Source: Gekko japonicus (Eukaryota). Taken from it: a DNA stretch of 64,000 bases. Under the pieces are notes generated by a model. The model saw nothing but the letters and a program-made list of their open reading frames with translations, did not search any database and was not told the DNA's origin. Shown in pieces: positions 35,626 through 49,000 of the stretch (its first letter is position 1; every line of letters starts with the position of its first letter). Location of the stretch: assembly GCF_001447785.1 (NCBI RefSeq), contig NW_015169789.1, positions 886,393 to 950,392 of the forward strand, written 5' to 3'. The translations under genes were made by a program, and so were the position numbers.

Positions 35626-38600
35626 TATGATACCGTCTCTCTCTATGCAGAATGTAGGCAACTTTGCTAACTGAGGTATAATGTTAACCCAGAAACTGGG
35701 ATTCTTCACCAAGATTAAAGTGTAGTTAAGATTCCCAGTTACTAGGGAAAAACAAACTTCCATTAGTAAAGGTGCCTGCTGTCGGACATTACAGTTAATT
35801 CAAGCTGAAGAATTCCATCTTCGGTCCTAGCATGCCATGTGAGGGAGGGGGAGGAGGAATGCAGTTTACAAGACTGGCAGTTAAACAAGTTCATGGTGTC
35901 TGAACTGAGGCTGAGAGAAAGAGAGAGAGAGAGACAGACAGAGACAGAGAGAGACAGAGAATGAGAGGGACTGCCCCAAGTTCACCCTGAAAGCAACATG
36001 GCCAAGTGGGTATTTGAACCCAGTTCTCCTCTGCTTGGCACTCTAACGAGTATATCACTTGGGAGAAAACAAAACTATGCTTATGAATCAGGAAATCAGA
36101 TCCTTTGTGTGTGAAGCTGGCGTTCTAGAAATTGTTTGAGCTATTGACACTTAGGTCACAAGAATATTATATGCTTCACATAAACACCAATGAGAACCTC
36201 TTCATCTTATCTGTGCTAGTGCAGTGGAACACTAAGAGATAAAGGAGATTTTATATTTTCCCCTTAATTCTACTTCACCCCAACCACATCCCTCTACCTT
36301 CTCAGTTTCTCTCAGTTTTGTCTCTTGTTTAAGTGTAACTGTGATGTGGCTTAAGGAGTGCTGAACATAGGAGAATATATCACTCTAGATTACTATATTC
36401 TACTAAATCAATTAATTTTTGGATGGACCCCAAAGAGGGCAATGTGCTATTTGGCTTAGGTAAACTGAGTCAAGTTTGGTGATAAACCAGGTGTAATTTA
36501 TTTATTGTTTAGAAAGAAATGCAACCAAATAAATGCACATGGAAGTAATTTGCCCTGGTTTGGGGAAACAAGGTCTGGTCAGTGTGGGTTATCACAGAAA
36601 TATACAATCCTAAGTGTGCATGCTCCCCCCCCTCCCAATTCCATGCAATAGTACATTCCAAGAACCAAACAGATGTTTTCAAAACAAAAGTTACTGAAAA
36701 GATAAACCGTTTGACCAATTTGTGTGGATGTTTGCTGCCAGTTACCACCATGGCACTGAAATACCAATACTGAGTAAATCCTTGAGGATTTATTTTTGTA
36801 AGCACTACAAGAATTAATGATTTTCATGGGAAAAAATCCATAAAAATATGACACACTGTAAAAATACTCTCTCAGACAAAATCACGTGCATGCACATTGT
36901 TTGACATAAAACAGTGCACATACACTACTCACACCCCTCACAAGGCATTGAAAAACATCTGTAATGCTAGACAAAATGGCAAAGTCACACACAAGGCCTG
37001 CATCTGCTCAAACACATACACACGCAATGGTCCTCCCCCATGCGGACACGCTCTCTCACACACATACACCACACTAATAGGAATCAGGAGCATAATTTTT
37101 CCCTCTAATTACATATTCAGCACTTCTGAGAAAATGAGATTTGGGTAATTCAATTGGACTGAGAAACAGGGCTCTAATAAAATGGAATTTGTAACAATTC
37201 CACAGTTAAATTAGTTAAATGGAGAGGAAGGAGCTGTGGCAAATTGACCCTTTGCTCTCCTAACAACTAATCAGACATTTGAACCACATTGTGCTAACAA
37301 AGTCCACGGACTGCTGCAGAAACTGTGGGGTACAACCACAATGCCAGTAAAGGAATAGAACCGAACATGATGTGTTACAGTTTGGAATAACACAGGAAGG
37401 GGATGAAGGATACTAACTTTGGTGATTTAAAAACTAAACTAGGTTTGTTTGAATATGGGGACAGATCTAGCTGTTAAGATTAGAGGGACTGCAGCCTTTT
37501 CAGATGTAAAGCAGCACCTTCCTGACCATGGTGGAAATGCAGGTTCTGGAAAGAAGAAGGAACCTAGCGACCTGAAACAAGGAAAAGAGACAGGATGCCA
37601 GACAGATTCCATTATATGCCTTCATTTCACACGTCTGCTTGAATTCATAAACCTTAAATATCAATCGTTATTATTCAGGTAACCCTGGGTGGGGGAGGGC
37701 CTCAGATGGTTCTCAGGGTTTGTGTGCCAAAAGGGTTTTACATACATTGAGTTCTGACATGAACCTGCAATAGCTGCACTCTGCCCCAAACGTAGCAACT
37801 CCTGACATTTCACTAAGGCAGCTTCAGAGTTCGGAGAGATGTCAGGTATAGATGGTTATGTGCCACATAGTTCCTATCATTCCTTTGACTACTGTTCCTC
37901 CTACTTGAAATTGGAGAAAGATACAGGTTTAACAGAGGTATGGAATTCAGGTCTTGGACAAGATGGCACACAGGCAGCTCACCCTCGCTTCATTGCATTA
38001 TTTTAGTGATTTTTCCACAATAAGTTGCCACTTACTCTGCACTAGGTAATAGAAACTAAGGCGTATGAAGCCAAATAGAGCTCAGAGGAATATTGCTTGG
38101 CCTTTTAGTTAACAACATTGTTTTTTTTCTTTTCCCTCCATAGTAACTGGAAGGGGATGGGAGAAATAACTCAGTAGAGAGAAAATTAGTCAAGAGTACA
38201 CAAACTGAGGAGAACCTCTTTCTCTAGATCATGTGTTCATACACAGGCACTGAAAGTGAAACTCAAAGTATTAAAACAAATGACATATAAGCTGACCCAC
38301 TATGAGACCAGGGCCATCAATTTGTGCTCCAAAGCATGTTGGTCCACAGACGTGGCCAACTGTCTTGGTAGAAGAACCAATGTGGACACATATAGGCAGA
38401 TGTAGTTTTTCAGACAAGCATAGCCATTTTGGAAGCACCTGCACTGCATTTAGCATAAAGATATCTAGTACTCTCCAGAATCAAGTTCTCAATAATAAAC
38501 AAAAATGGTTGTGCGACATCGAAACAGAAGCCAGTTGTGCAGAATGCTGATTGGCCTGTCCTGATGGACTCTCACAATGTCACCCTACCCTAAAACCTGG

Positions 38601-39019
38601 AGTAGCTATTATACTTTAAAGTGCCCCTTTTTAATGAACAAAACACAAGTTACATACTTAATTTATTTATAATCCACACCTTTCTTGAAGAAAACCAAGG
38701 GAAATTGAAGAATAAAGACATGGTCCCTCATGTGGTGCTTTAACAGGGCTGGACAGCCTACATGAAGCACAAAGGAGAGACGGCAGTAATGTCTGGACCT
38801 GTGTTTGATTCCCTAACATGCAAGCCTGTCATTTCAGTTACAAAGCTAAAAGGAACGTGGGCTCATTCTGCAGTCAAAAGATGCCCTGCAAGCTCCTTTT
38901 CTATATTACATCACTATATTACAACTCAGGTGTCCATGATATTCATACACTAGGAATCCAGAGATCAAACAAAATAGTCAGCATTCAGATGAATAACCTT
39001 TAGACAAATAACAAATCTG

Positions 39020-40341
39020 ATTAAAATGTAGGAGTATCCGGGTAACTACCAACCCATCAGCTTGACATTTATACCTGGGAAAGTTTTAGAACAAATAATC
39101 CTTGCACCCAAAGAGTGCTTGTGAATGGTTCCTCATCTTCTTGGAGAGGAATGACAAGTGGACTGCCTCAAGGATCTGTCCTGGGAACAGTTTTGTTAAA
39201 CATCTTTATAAATGATTTGGATGAAGGGATAGAGGGAATGCTTATTAAATTTGCAGATGATACTAAATTGGGAGGGGTAGCAAATATGGTAGAAGACAGA
39301 GTCAGGATACAGGATGATCCTGACAGGCTGGAAAACTGGGCTAAAACAAATAACATGATTTTCAGTGGGGATAAATGTAAAGTTCTGCATTTGGGTAGGA
39401 AAATCAAATGCAGAATTATAGGTTGGGGGAGGCTTGTCTTGGCAGCAGTATGTGTGAAAAAGATCTAGGGGTCTTAGTGGACCATACACTGAACAGGAGT
39501 CAGCAGTGTGATGTGGTGGCTAAAAAGGCAGATGCGATTTTGGGCTGTATCAGCAGGAGTATAGTGTCCAGATCACGCAGAGTGATGGTACCACTTTGCT
39601 CTGGTTAGACCTCACCTAGAGAATTGTGTTCAGTTTTGGGCACCACAATTTAAGAAGGATATAGACAAGCTGGAACGTGTCCAGAGGAGAGCAATGAAGA
39701 TGGTGAGGGGTATAGAGACCAAGTCCTATGAGGAAAGGTTGAAGGAGCTGGGTATGTTTAGCCTGGAGAGGAGACGACTGAGAGGTGATATGATAACCAT
39801 CTTCAAGTACTTGAAGGGCTGTCATCTAGAGGATGGTACGGGGTTGTTTTCTGTTGCCTCATAAGGTCAGACCAGAACCAATGGGTTGAAATCAAATCAG
39901 AAGAGTTTTCAGCTAAACATTAGGAAGAACTTCCTGACAGTTAGAACGGCTCCTCAGTGCAACAGGCTTCCTCGGGAGGTGGTGGGCTCTCCTTCTTTAG
40001 AGGTTTTCAAACAGAGGCTAGATGGCCATTTGACAGCAATGCGGATTCTGTGAATTTAGGCAGATCATGAGTGAGAGGGCAGGAAGGGTTGCCTCAGTGC
40101 TTAGTTCTTGTGGCCCTTTCTTAAATGCCCAGGGAAATGCTGATTACCACTTTGGGGTCAGGAAGCAATTTTTTCTCCAGGCCAGTTTAGCCAGGGATCC
40201 TGGAGGTTTTTTTGTCATCTTCTGGGTATGGAACAGCGGTCACTGTGGATGTGGAGGGGGAGGTATTTGTGAATTTCCTGCCTCATGCAGGGGGTTGGAC
40301 TAGATGACCCTGGAGGTCCTTTCCAACTCTATGATTCTATG
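39020..40341 (+). mobile_element. CR1 LINE 3' part (RT C-half and 3' UTR, with an internal deletion)
   Basis: SGLPQGSVLG...FINDLD...IKFADDTKLGG...KCKVLHLG motifs; tail ccaactctatgattctatg. Confidence 0.92.
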
Positions 40342-43300
40342 TAGTAGTAAGACAAAATGAAGAAACATGAATTTTAGGGGAAGCCAAATTTTGTGTACAT
40401 ACACACAAACATCATAGCAGATTTTGCTTATGCTTACATGTCTATTCTTAAGTCTATAATCCTTATCACTTACTATGTGAAACTGGGGTGGGTGGGTTAT
40501 CATACACGGTCCCAATGCATAGTGTGCCACTGGGAACTCGTTTTGGCATTACCTTTTTCTGATTCTCAGTACATTTGTTCCACTTGCTCCCTCCATTATA
40601 TTTGTTTCAATACCAAATGGAATACAGTTTGTAAAGAAAGCTCCTAGACCCCATACAGCTCAAGTAGTCATGGGCCATATTGTCCTCATACATTTCCTGT
40701 AGTTTTAGCAAATAGTTTATGAAGAAATTCTCAGTCAGTGAGGCAGGCCCAGCACAAAGGTCTTAGCCAAGAACCCTAAAAATCACCAAAAGGAAAGGGC
40801 TTCAGAAACCATTCTAGGAGTGGTTCCAAAGAATTTTGCAGACTCATGAAGAGTGGCAATTGGGTATAAATGGAGTTGGGTTAGAATTGCCAGGCCATGT
40901 GGGTGGAGGGTGTGGTTAATATCCACCTGGGCTTTCCATGGGAGAATGAGGCACTTGGTATGTCCCTCAAAGCTCCCACATTTTGTGGTGCATCAGCAGT
41001 GAGAACAGGGAGGGAGGAAAGGTGCACAAGGCCACAGCATCTCTGATCCATCACCCTGGCAGCGCAGATTGGAAAGGAAAGGGGATCGATATAGAGCGAG
41101 AAGGTGTCGGCGTCAGGAATTCGTGGCTGTCAGGGGCTCTGAATGGGCTGGTGAGGGCCAGGGGAAAGTGCTCTGGCTCTGCTAGGTGGGAAAGTGCTGA
41201 AGTGGCCTCTTGGAAAGGGTGGGCGATTAATAGAATCAGGTTATAACAATAGTGCAGCGGAGGTGGTGCTAGGCAGGGGGAAATCAGCTCTGTCAGTATT
41301 TGCAGCTGGAGACTGACCATGCAAGGGATCTTGGTCTGTTTAATGCGGAGTTGCAAAACAGCTGAGGCTGGGGATGGTAAGGGTCTCATCCTGTTGCAAC
41401 TTTCCAGTAAAGCACGGAAGGCTTTTCCACAAAAATATCTGGAAATGGGTGGTTGTTGAAAGTGAAGAATGGAAAAGGAGATCACTTCCCCAAAGCAGGA
41501 ATTATTGTCAGTAAAGGAAAGTGAACACTTTCCTGGATTGAACTTCCTCATAATCACCCTACATTCCTACAGAGTTGCCCCATCCTCTCTCAACCAGATA
41601 ACAAGCTACAGTCCCACACTCACCATCAGAAATAGGGGTGGCCTTAGTGAATCTGGGGCACTAGGCCAAATGCAAGGACAGGGCCCCAGAAGCGCTGTAG
41701 TCAGGATGGCAATCAGGGCAGCACCCTACCATGCTCTACAGCTGATTGCTGGCCACAGGTCTGAAGCTACTGCCATGACTCTAGAGGAGATGATGGTAAG
41801 GGATGGATCCTTCACCGCTCACTGTTGTTGCCTTTGGGACTGTGAAGGTGGCAGTGGCTTCAGGGCAGCAGCCAACCTCTGACCATCCTACAGCTGATTG
41901 TTGGCAGTTGCCTGAGTGATGCCTGACAACACCTTTAAAGTCAAACATGGCAGATAAGGACAATTACAAAAAAGCTGTCTAAAGTCGTGTGTGGCAGTGA
42001 AATCTAAGGCCATGATAGCTGGGGGGGGGGGGAACTCTGTGGTGCCCCCTTCCCTTGGCTCTGTTACCAGTAATGTTCCTCCATTTAAACAAACAGATGG
42101 GCTATACGCCTTTAAAAATGTTTAAAAGGAACTTTTTTTAAAAAAAAGCCAAATTGCTCTAGTGAGGGTATTTCTTGGTATCATCACAAGGGGTCAGCCA
42201 ATCAGGACTGTGCACAGCTGACTTACGCTTTTAACTTAGCTGTCCCCCCCCCATTCAATCCTGAAGATGAATAGATATGTTTGTTCTGAGTGCAGACTAT
42301 GCTTCCAGAGGAGCTCCAAGGTTTCATAACTATCACACTGCCCTGATATCCTTAGCATATCATCTTACTGTGGTGAAGTCTATAGGTTTCCAGTTCAGCA
42401 GCTGTATTAGGGACTGGCCATCAAGGCAACACACATTTGAATAACAACTCAAAACATTCTCAAGCAAAGGGTGTTCTTGGGAGACCAGCAGAGGGTGTGA
42501 GCTGGGAAGTCCGGAGAATGACTGTATATGTGTGTGGTGCAGAAAGAACAGTGAAGATTCTCACACCAAAGAGAAGGGGCAGGAATAGCTGGGATGAGGA
42601 CTAGGGAGACAGAGGCTGCCATCAGATACTGCCACTGCCTTTGCTTCTAGATCCAGGACAGCCGCACTGTGATATTTATCTGGTTAGGATTTTCATAAGA
42701 AAGAAGAAATGTTAGGAAATGCTGAGTTTCATTTGCAAGCCAATTAGTCTAATTAACTCTAATTAACTCCCCACAACATGCAGCTCCCAAACCAACATGC
42801 TGTCTCATTCTCTTTCCCCCGTCTTCATATTCCTCTCAGAACAGCTCTTTTTCTTGGGGTGGGGCATTGAGGAGCTACTCCAGGCTACCCATCCATCCAG
42901 AGGCTACCATGCTCCAGGCCACCCATCCACCTAGGAGAGATTTCTTTTCCCTTAACACTTTGGTACCAAAAGTATAGTCAGTTCTCTTTATCTGCATCAG
43001 GGTTGGACCAGCATTTCCTCAGGTGGGGCAGCTCCCAGGGCTTCTGGTGGGGCCCTCTGCTCCTCCCCCTGTCCACATATTCTTCCCCTGCCCACTCACT
43101 TGTGAACACTTTACTCCCTCCCTCCCTCCCTCCCACCTGGCTGCATGTGCTGCCCAGCACTATCAGGCAAGGGTGATGCACAGTGGTAGTGCTCCTGGTG
43201 GCCACACACACTACTCAGCACCACTGGGGAAAAGACACGGGGGTGCAGGAGGGGGGGCTCACAAACAGGGGAACAATACAAAGGCAAGTGTGGGGCATGT

Positions 43301-44138
43301 GGGTGGGTGGGAAGGGGGCCTGATGGTGGGAAGAGGGGCAAGTGGGCCCTGGGCATTCTCTGCCAAGGGCCTCCCAGAACCTGGAACTGGCCCTGACAAG
43401 GAGGCTCACTGCCAACCCAATCCCTTCCCACTTGCTGATGAGGCAACCCTCTATTTTTCACAACCATTTTCCTCCCAAGGACTGACTAGGGGGTGGGCTG
43501 TAATTAGCAATTAAGAGACTCCTGCACCCCTCTCATCACATTTGTACAGGTACTAAGATATCCCTACTGAATTGGTTAATGCTGTGGTAAATTTAAAGGG
43601 GAAGTTGCTTCTATTGTTCTTCAGAAATAGTTAGGGCCACAAGCTTTAATCAGTTCATTTCCTGGGTGGTCAAACCTGCAATGCTGGTGTCACTAAGTGC
43701 CATAGACATTTGGGGCTTGTGGAATCTCTAGAGAAAAGCAGGAGGGGAAACAGCCAGGTCTTAAAAACAATAGTCTATATGTAGCTTCAGTGATGTGGCA
43801 GCGTAAGGGCCAAAGCATAAGAGAAACTGGCTTCATGTATGACACTTCCAATGTTCCTTTTCTTTTAAACAACTGGTGCACAAGGTTCAATTTGGATTGG
43901 GACAACACTGTGTGGGCAAATATACATGCCCTGATTTAAATGGGGCAAACAGCAGCCCTGTGGTATCCTTGTGGGTTGAAAAAATAGCATGGGAGAAAGA
44001 TTTAGTTCCTCCTGTCTCTGTAATCCCAATCCAAATTCAGGCCCCACAGGGCAGCTATTTTTTAAAAAATGTGGGAGCTCCATACACAGAATTCCCTGCA
44101 TCTTGTCGGATTTGACCTTAATCTTTTGAGCACTTTGA

Positions 44139-44395
44139 CAGTTTAGTGTAGTGGTTAAGGGTGGTGGACTCTAATCTGGAGAACTGGGTCTGATTCCCCA
44201 CTCTTCCACATGCAGCCAGCTGGGTGACCTTGGGTCAGTCACAGTTCTCTCAGAGCTGTTCTCTCACGAGCAGTTCCCTCAGAGCTTTCTCAGCCCCACC
44301 TACCTCACAGGGTGTCTGTTGGGGGGAGAGGAAGGGAAGGAGATTGTAAGCTGCTCTGAGACTCCAAGTGAAGAGCGGGGTATAAATCCTCCTCT
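44139..44395 (+). mobile_element. tRNA-derived SINE with L2-type tail (Squam2-like)
   Basis: Head gtgtagtggttaag...gattcccca; tail gtaagctgctctgag...gcggggtataaat. Confidence 0.85.
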
Positions 44396-44861
44396 TTCAA
44401 TACAAGTTATTTTATTATTTAGTTTTGTGATGGGGCAGTGAAGGCTTTAGAGGTTAGAGGCTGTCTAACCAGGAGGCATAATGCTTAGCATTTCCGATGG
44501 CCTTGTACAATAAAGGGGGTTTAGTTCCTTTTGTCCATCACTTGCTTGAAAACACAGAACAATCTGTACAGGGAACTGAAAACAACACCGTGGAATGAAC
44601 CAAGGATTTTCATCTCCACTGGCAGTATATTACTGTAAATCAAAGATTCCATGTAAACATGCTGCAAGCTATGGGGGGAGTGGGGAGTCAGCACTAACAC
44701 AAGCAGGAATAGAGACCAAGCCTGATTTGTGGAACCATGTGGTAGATCAAGGGTTTTCACTGTAGGAGAATGTATTGCCCCCAATCTTCTGCTCTAGCCT
44801 GGGCTATGCTGTGGATTGCTTCATTCCCTCATTCCCTGTCTAAACTGGTCTTATAAATATT

Positions 44862-45137
44862 AGAAGAAGAAGAGAAGAGATTGGATTTATACCCTGCCCT
44901 TCACTCGGAGTCTCAGACCAGCTTACATTCTCCTTTCCCTTCCCCTCCCCACAACAGACATCTCGTGAGGTAGGTGCGGCTGAGAGAGATCTGACAGAAA
45001 CTGCTCTTTTCAAGAACAGCTCTGACAGAACTATGGCTTGCCCAAGGTCATCCAGCAGCTGCAAGTGGAGGAGTGGGGGATCAAACCTGGTTCTCCCAGA
45101 TTAGAGTCTGGGCACTTAAGCACTACACCAAACTGGC
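44862..45137 (-). mobile_element. tRNA-derived SINE with L2-type tail (Squam2-like)
   Basis: Reverse complement of the family at 44139 and 63357; (TCT)n tail. Confidence 0.85.
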
Positions 45138-45743
45138 TCTCACACCAAACTGGCCCTCAAATATTATATTCAGACGTGTATCAAGAGAGAAGACCTGCAG
45201 TAGCTGTCCTTTGTTGTTGTTGTTGTTGTTGCACCATCAGCCCCACCACTAGGGCTCCTTTTCAGACTGTGTTCTCTGCCAGAGATTGCCTCACTCCTTG
45301 TAGAAGGTGCCCAGTGCCAGGGATTACATTCTTGCAGAATCTGATCCAAGCACATTCAGATGCTTGGATTGGATCCTGCTGATTCAATGCAAACTTCATT
45401 GGTAATGGATGTGCTTCTCAGATACAGCAACTATGTTTCTCAGAGCTGGCAGAGGCTGTTCAGAGATGGCATAGCCAAGAGCCAGCTAGACCCCTCTGGA
45501 TTCAGTGAGATGCCTGGGAAGGAGAAATCCAAGCTAGGACACACCAGGGTCCTATGACCATCTTCTTTCCAGATTTTTTTTTCTTTGTAAAGTACATCAC
45601 TTTGAAAGAACAAATAAAACATGTAACAACTCTAACACCAGATACTCTTTGAAAATGATCACATGCAAGCAGGGGAAGGAGCTGTCCAAAAATCTTCAGA
45701 ACCATGATTGTGCAACCGGGCAGATAATTAACAGAATCTAGTA

Positions 45744-46490
45744 TCTATATATCTAATAGCGAAAGGCGCCCCCTGCGTGCGGATACTTATTTCCGCACAT
45801 CGGGGGCACCTGGGGGGGAGGGAGATTTTCGTGCACACTTGGGGCAGTCCCCAGGTGTGCACAAAAATCTGAAAACTGTAAAAAAGTATCGGGGGGATAT
45901 TTAAATCCCCCAAAAAGTAAAAGAGCGTCCCCTGCGCATGCGCAGGGAATGCTCTGCGAACTGCCTCGCTTCAGTGCGGGGGGAGGGGAGAGAGAGACCG
46001 GCGAAAGCCACAGGCCTCACTTCGGAGGCAAAGGGGGGGGGAGAGACTGCCGAGGCTGCTCGGAGAGAAACTGGCGAGGCCCGCCGGCTGCAAGCCGTGN
46101 NNNNNNNNNNNNNNNNNNNNNNNNNNNNNNNNNNNNNNNNNNNNNNNNNNNNNNNNNNNNNNNNNNNNNNNNNNNNNNNNNNNNNNNNNNNNNNNNNNNN
46201 NNNNNNNNNNNNNNNNNNNNNNNNNNNNNNNNNNNNGGCTGCAAGCCACGCGAGCCTCGCTTCGGAGGGGGGGGAAAGAGAGAGAGACTAGGGAGCTGGG
46301 GGGGAGAGAGCCGGGGGGGAGAGAGAGAGACTGGGGGGCGGCGAGCCGGGGGTGGTAGTGGAGGGTGTGTGGAAGAGACAGGGGAACCGACGGGATTGGG
46401 GGGGAGCTTACCTGCTTCTTCCTCCTCCGCCTGCTCTGTGTGGAGCTCCCCCGCTCCTCCCCCCGCGATTTTCGCGGGTCCCCTTTCTTG
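45744..46490 (+). mobile_element. Non-autonomous Helitron spanning an assembly gap
   Basis: 5' end A|TCTATATATC. 3' hairpin cccgcga-ttt-tcgcggg (46462-46478) followed 8 nt later by CTTG|T (variant of CTAG). Inserted between A and T with no TSD, and carries internal GC-rich tandem repeats. Confidence 0.75.
46100..46236. other. Assembly gap (137 N)
   Basis: Run of N with ggctgcaagcc on both sides. Confidence 1.
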
Positions 46491-47431
46491 TCTCTTATAA
46501 AACTTTAACATACGATTTTTTAAAGACCAAGACTTTAACATTCACAGTCATGGTACAAAACTTTAAAATATATAGGTAATTTCTGCCAACAGAAAAGAAA
46601 CTTGGAGGGTCTGCATAGGACTTCCGGATTTTTTTTTGGGGGGGGGGTGGATATCTGCGTTGGATTGTCCCTTTCCACCACCCTGTCCCTCTCTTTCCAG
46701 ATTGTTTATAAACATGACTCATGAGTATTATCTTTGCCACCATTAATCTAGCCTGTCAAAAAGTTTGCATTATTCTCCCCTCCCCAATTTGCTTTGTTAA
46801 TCTTCACAATTAGATATAACAGAACTAAGGGAGTTTGGTTACAGAATTTTAATGCAAGATTCTAGGACTTGTAGGAATAGAGAACCAATACATCTTTTCA
46901 GTTTCATTATCCCAAACAGTGCAAAGATTCTCCCTCAAAATCTAAAGTTTGACCACAGTGGCCTGTGGAAAAGAACGAGACAGCAGAGATGGCACTGAGC
47001 ACAGGAACCATTTGCAGTGTGGGGAAGATGATGCCATGATTAAAAAAATTAATCTAGTGCTCGATTTCTACAATAAGATAAAAGCAGGCCCGAGCCATCC
47101 CAGAATCTGTGTTTGCTCACCTGGAAGCCCCTTTTCCTATTCCTGCTTGCATATGGTTAGTAGCAAGAGAAACTGATTTCATACATGCTCAAAAGCACTC
47201 TTTATTACACCAGCCAATTGAGAGGAGATGAAGTGGGTGAGGAAAGTCAAGCAAATCTAAGGAAAAGGTCATTTCCTAGGTTAGCAGACTTGTGTACTAT
47301 TCTGGACATGCTCCATTCTACAGGGACCTCTCCTGGTCTTTCTGCCCAACAGAGCCAAAGCATGAAATCAACAAAATGTAATCAGCAGAAGTAGAATATT
47401 ATGTTGGAACACATACAGTATTCATACATAT

Positions 47432-47649
47432 TGGTGGTGGAAAAAGCCATCAAATCACAGCTGTCTTATGGCAGCCCCGTAGGGTTTCCAAGGCAAGACA
47501 TGTTCAGAGGTGGTTTGCCATTGCCTGCCTCTGCATCATGACCCTGGTATTCTCTGGAGGTCTCCCATCCAAATACTAGCCAGGGCCAACTGTGCTCAGC
47601 TTCCGAGATCTGACAGGATTGGGCTAGCCTGGGCTACCCAGGTCAGGGT
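47432..47649 (-). mobile_element. 5S rRNA-derived SINE
   Basis: The reverse complement reads ...cagatctcggaagctgagcacagttggccctggctagtatttggatgggagacc..., matching 5S rRNA. Same head as the copy at 12709. Confidence 0.85.
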
Positions 47650-48399
47650 TTTCACATATTACCTTGCTGAATTAGCCAGTGTGGGATGTTCACTGTTATG
47701 GCACAGATCTCTGTCCACATTATTTCAAGTGGAATTATGTGTGGCAGGAGGAAAAGACCACTAATTAACTCCACAAGATGGTTTCTAGTTAAAACAGTAT
47801 ACCACCAGACATTTTTCTCCCTCAGCCCATTTCAACTGTACCCTTAAAACAAATACTGTAAATGAGCAACAGGATTGATAGATGCCAAAAGGAGAGCCTA
47901 TGAACATTAATGTTTGGACAAGAATAGAGGCTCACTGAATTTGTCACTGAGTTAAGTATATCGGAGATAGCAGAGATGATGAACTTGATTCCTTCTGTGT
48001 AAGCCTACGTTAGGCTATTGTGACAGTTGGAATAAAAATCTAAATCTAAATCTGTATGTGTAAGTGTATGAATTTGTAGAAGATATTTGACACTGGCTTG
48101 AGATTATTCCTAGACACTTCTTCAGTTCTATGAGTCTGTGTAACAGCATACTAGACACAGGGCCTAAACACAAATGGGGGATGGGAGGAAAGAAAACAGG
48201 TACATAAGGACATAAGAGCAGCCATGCTTGATCTGAGCAATGGTCCATCAAGTTCCGTTTCACACAATGGCTGGCAAGATGTTCCCAGAAGGCCCACAGG
48301 CAGGGCATCAAGTTTAAAGCCTCTTTCAGTTGTTTTCCCCCTCCCTGGCACTGGTATTTATTTATTTTATTTATACCCCGCTTTACAGTCTTTGAACAC

Positions 48400-49000
48400 G
48401 GAGGTTTCATTTAGTCATCATGGATGCTAACTGACTATTGTCCACAAACCTGTCTAATCCCTCTAAAAGCCAATTAAACTAGCAGCCATCACTGCAACCT
48501 CTGGCAGTGAATCCCATAAGTTAATTACTCTTTGAGTGAAGAAGTACTTCCTTTTGCCTGTCCTGCATCTGCTGCCTGGGTTTCTGTGAATTCTAGTGTT
48601 CTGGTACAGGGAGAAAAAGGTTCCTCTATCCACTTTCTTCACCCCATTCATAATTTTGAAATCCACTATCCTGTCCCCAAGTCATCTTTTCTCTAAACTA
48701 AAAAGCCCTGGACTCCTTAGTCTTCCCTTGTAGAGAAGGTGCTGCAACCTTTTGATCGTTTTGGTGGTTGTTGGTTTTTTCGCACCTTTTCTGGTGCTTC
48801 AATATCCTTTTGTAGATAAAGCAACCAGAACTGTACCTAGTATTTTAAGTGCGGCCACATAAATCTATACCAGAGCATTACAATATCATCCATTTTGCTT
48901 TCACTCCCTTTCCCAATAATCCCTAATACAGAAGTGTTCCTTTTTCATCACTGGTACACACTGAGTTGACATTTTCATTGAACTAACTACCACGTGCCCA
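48400..49000 (-). mobile_element. Old CR1 LINE fragment
   Basis: FKIMNG...FFS...RKYFFTQRVINLWDSLP is a CR1 ORF2 C-terminal motif. Confidence 0.8.

Noticed and set aside
42998-43395. Possible hAT MITE with cagggtt/ggccctg ends
   Set aside because: The TIR is too degenerate and there is no TSD.
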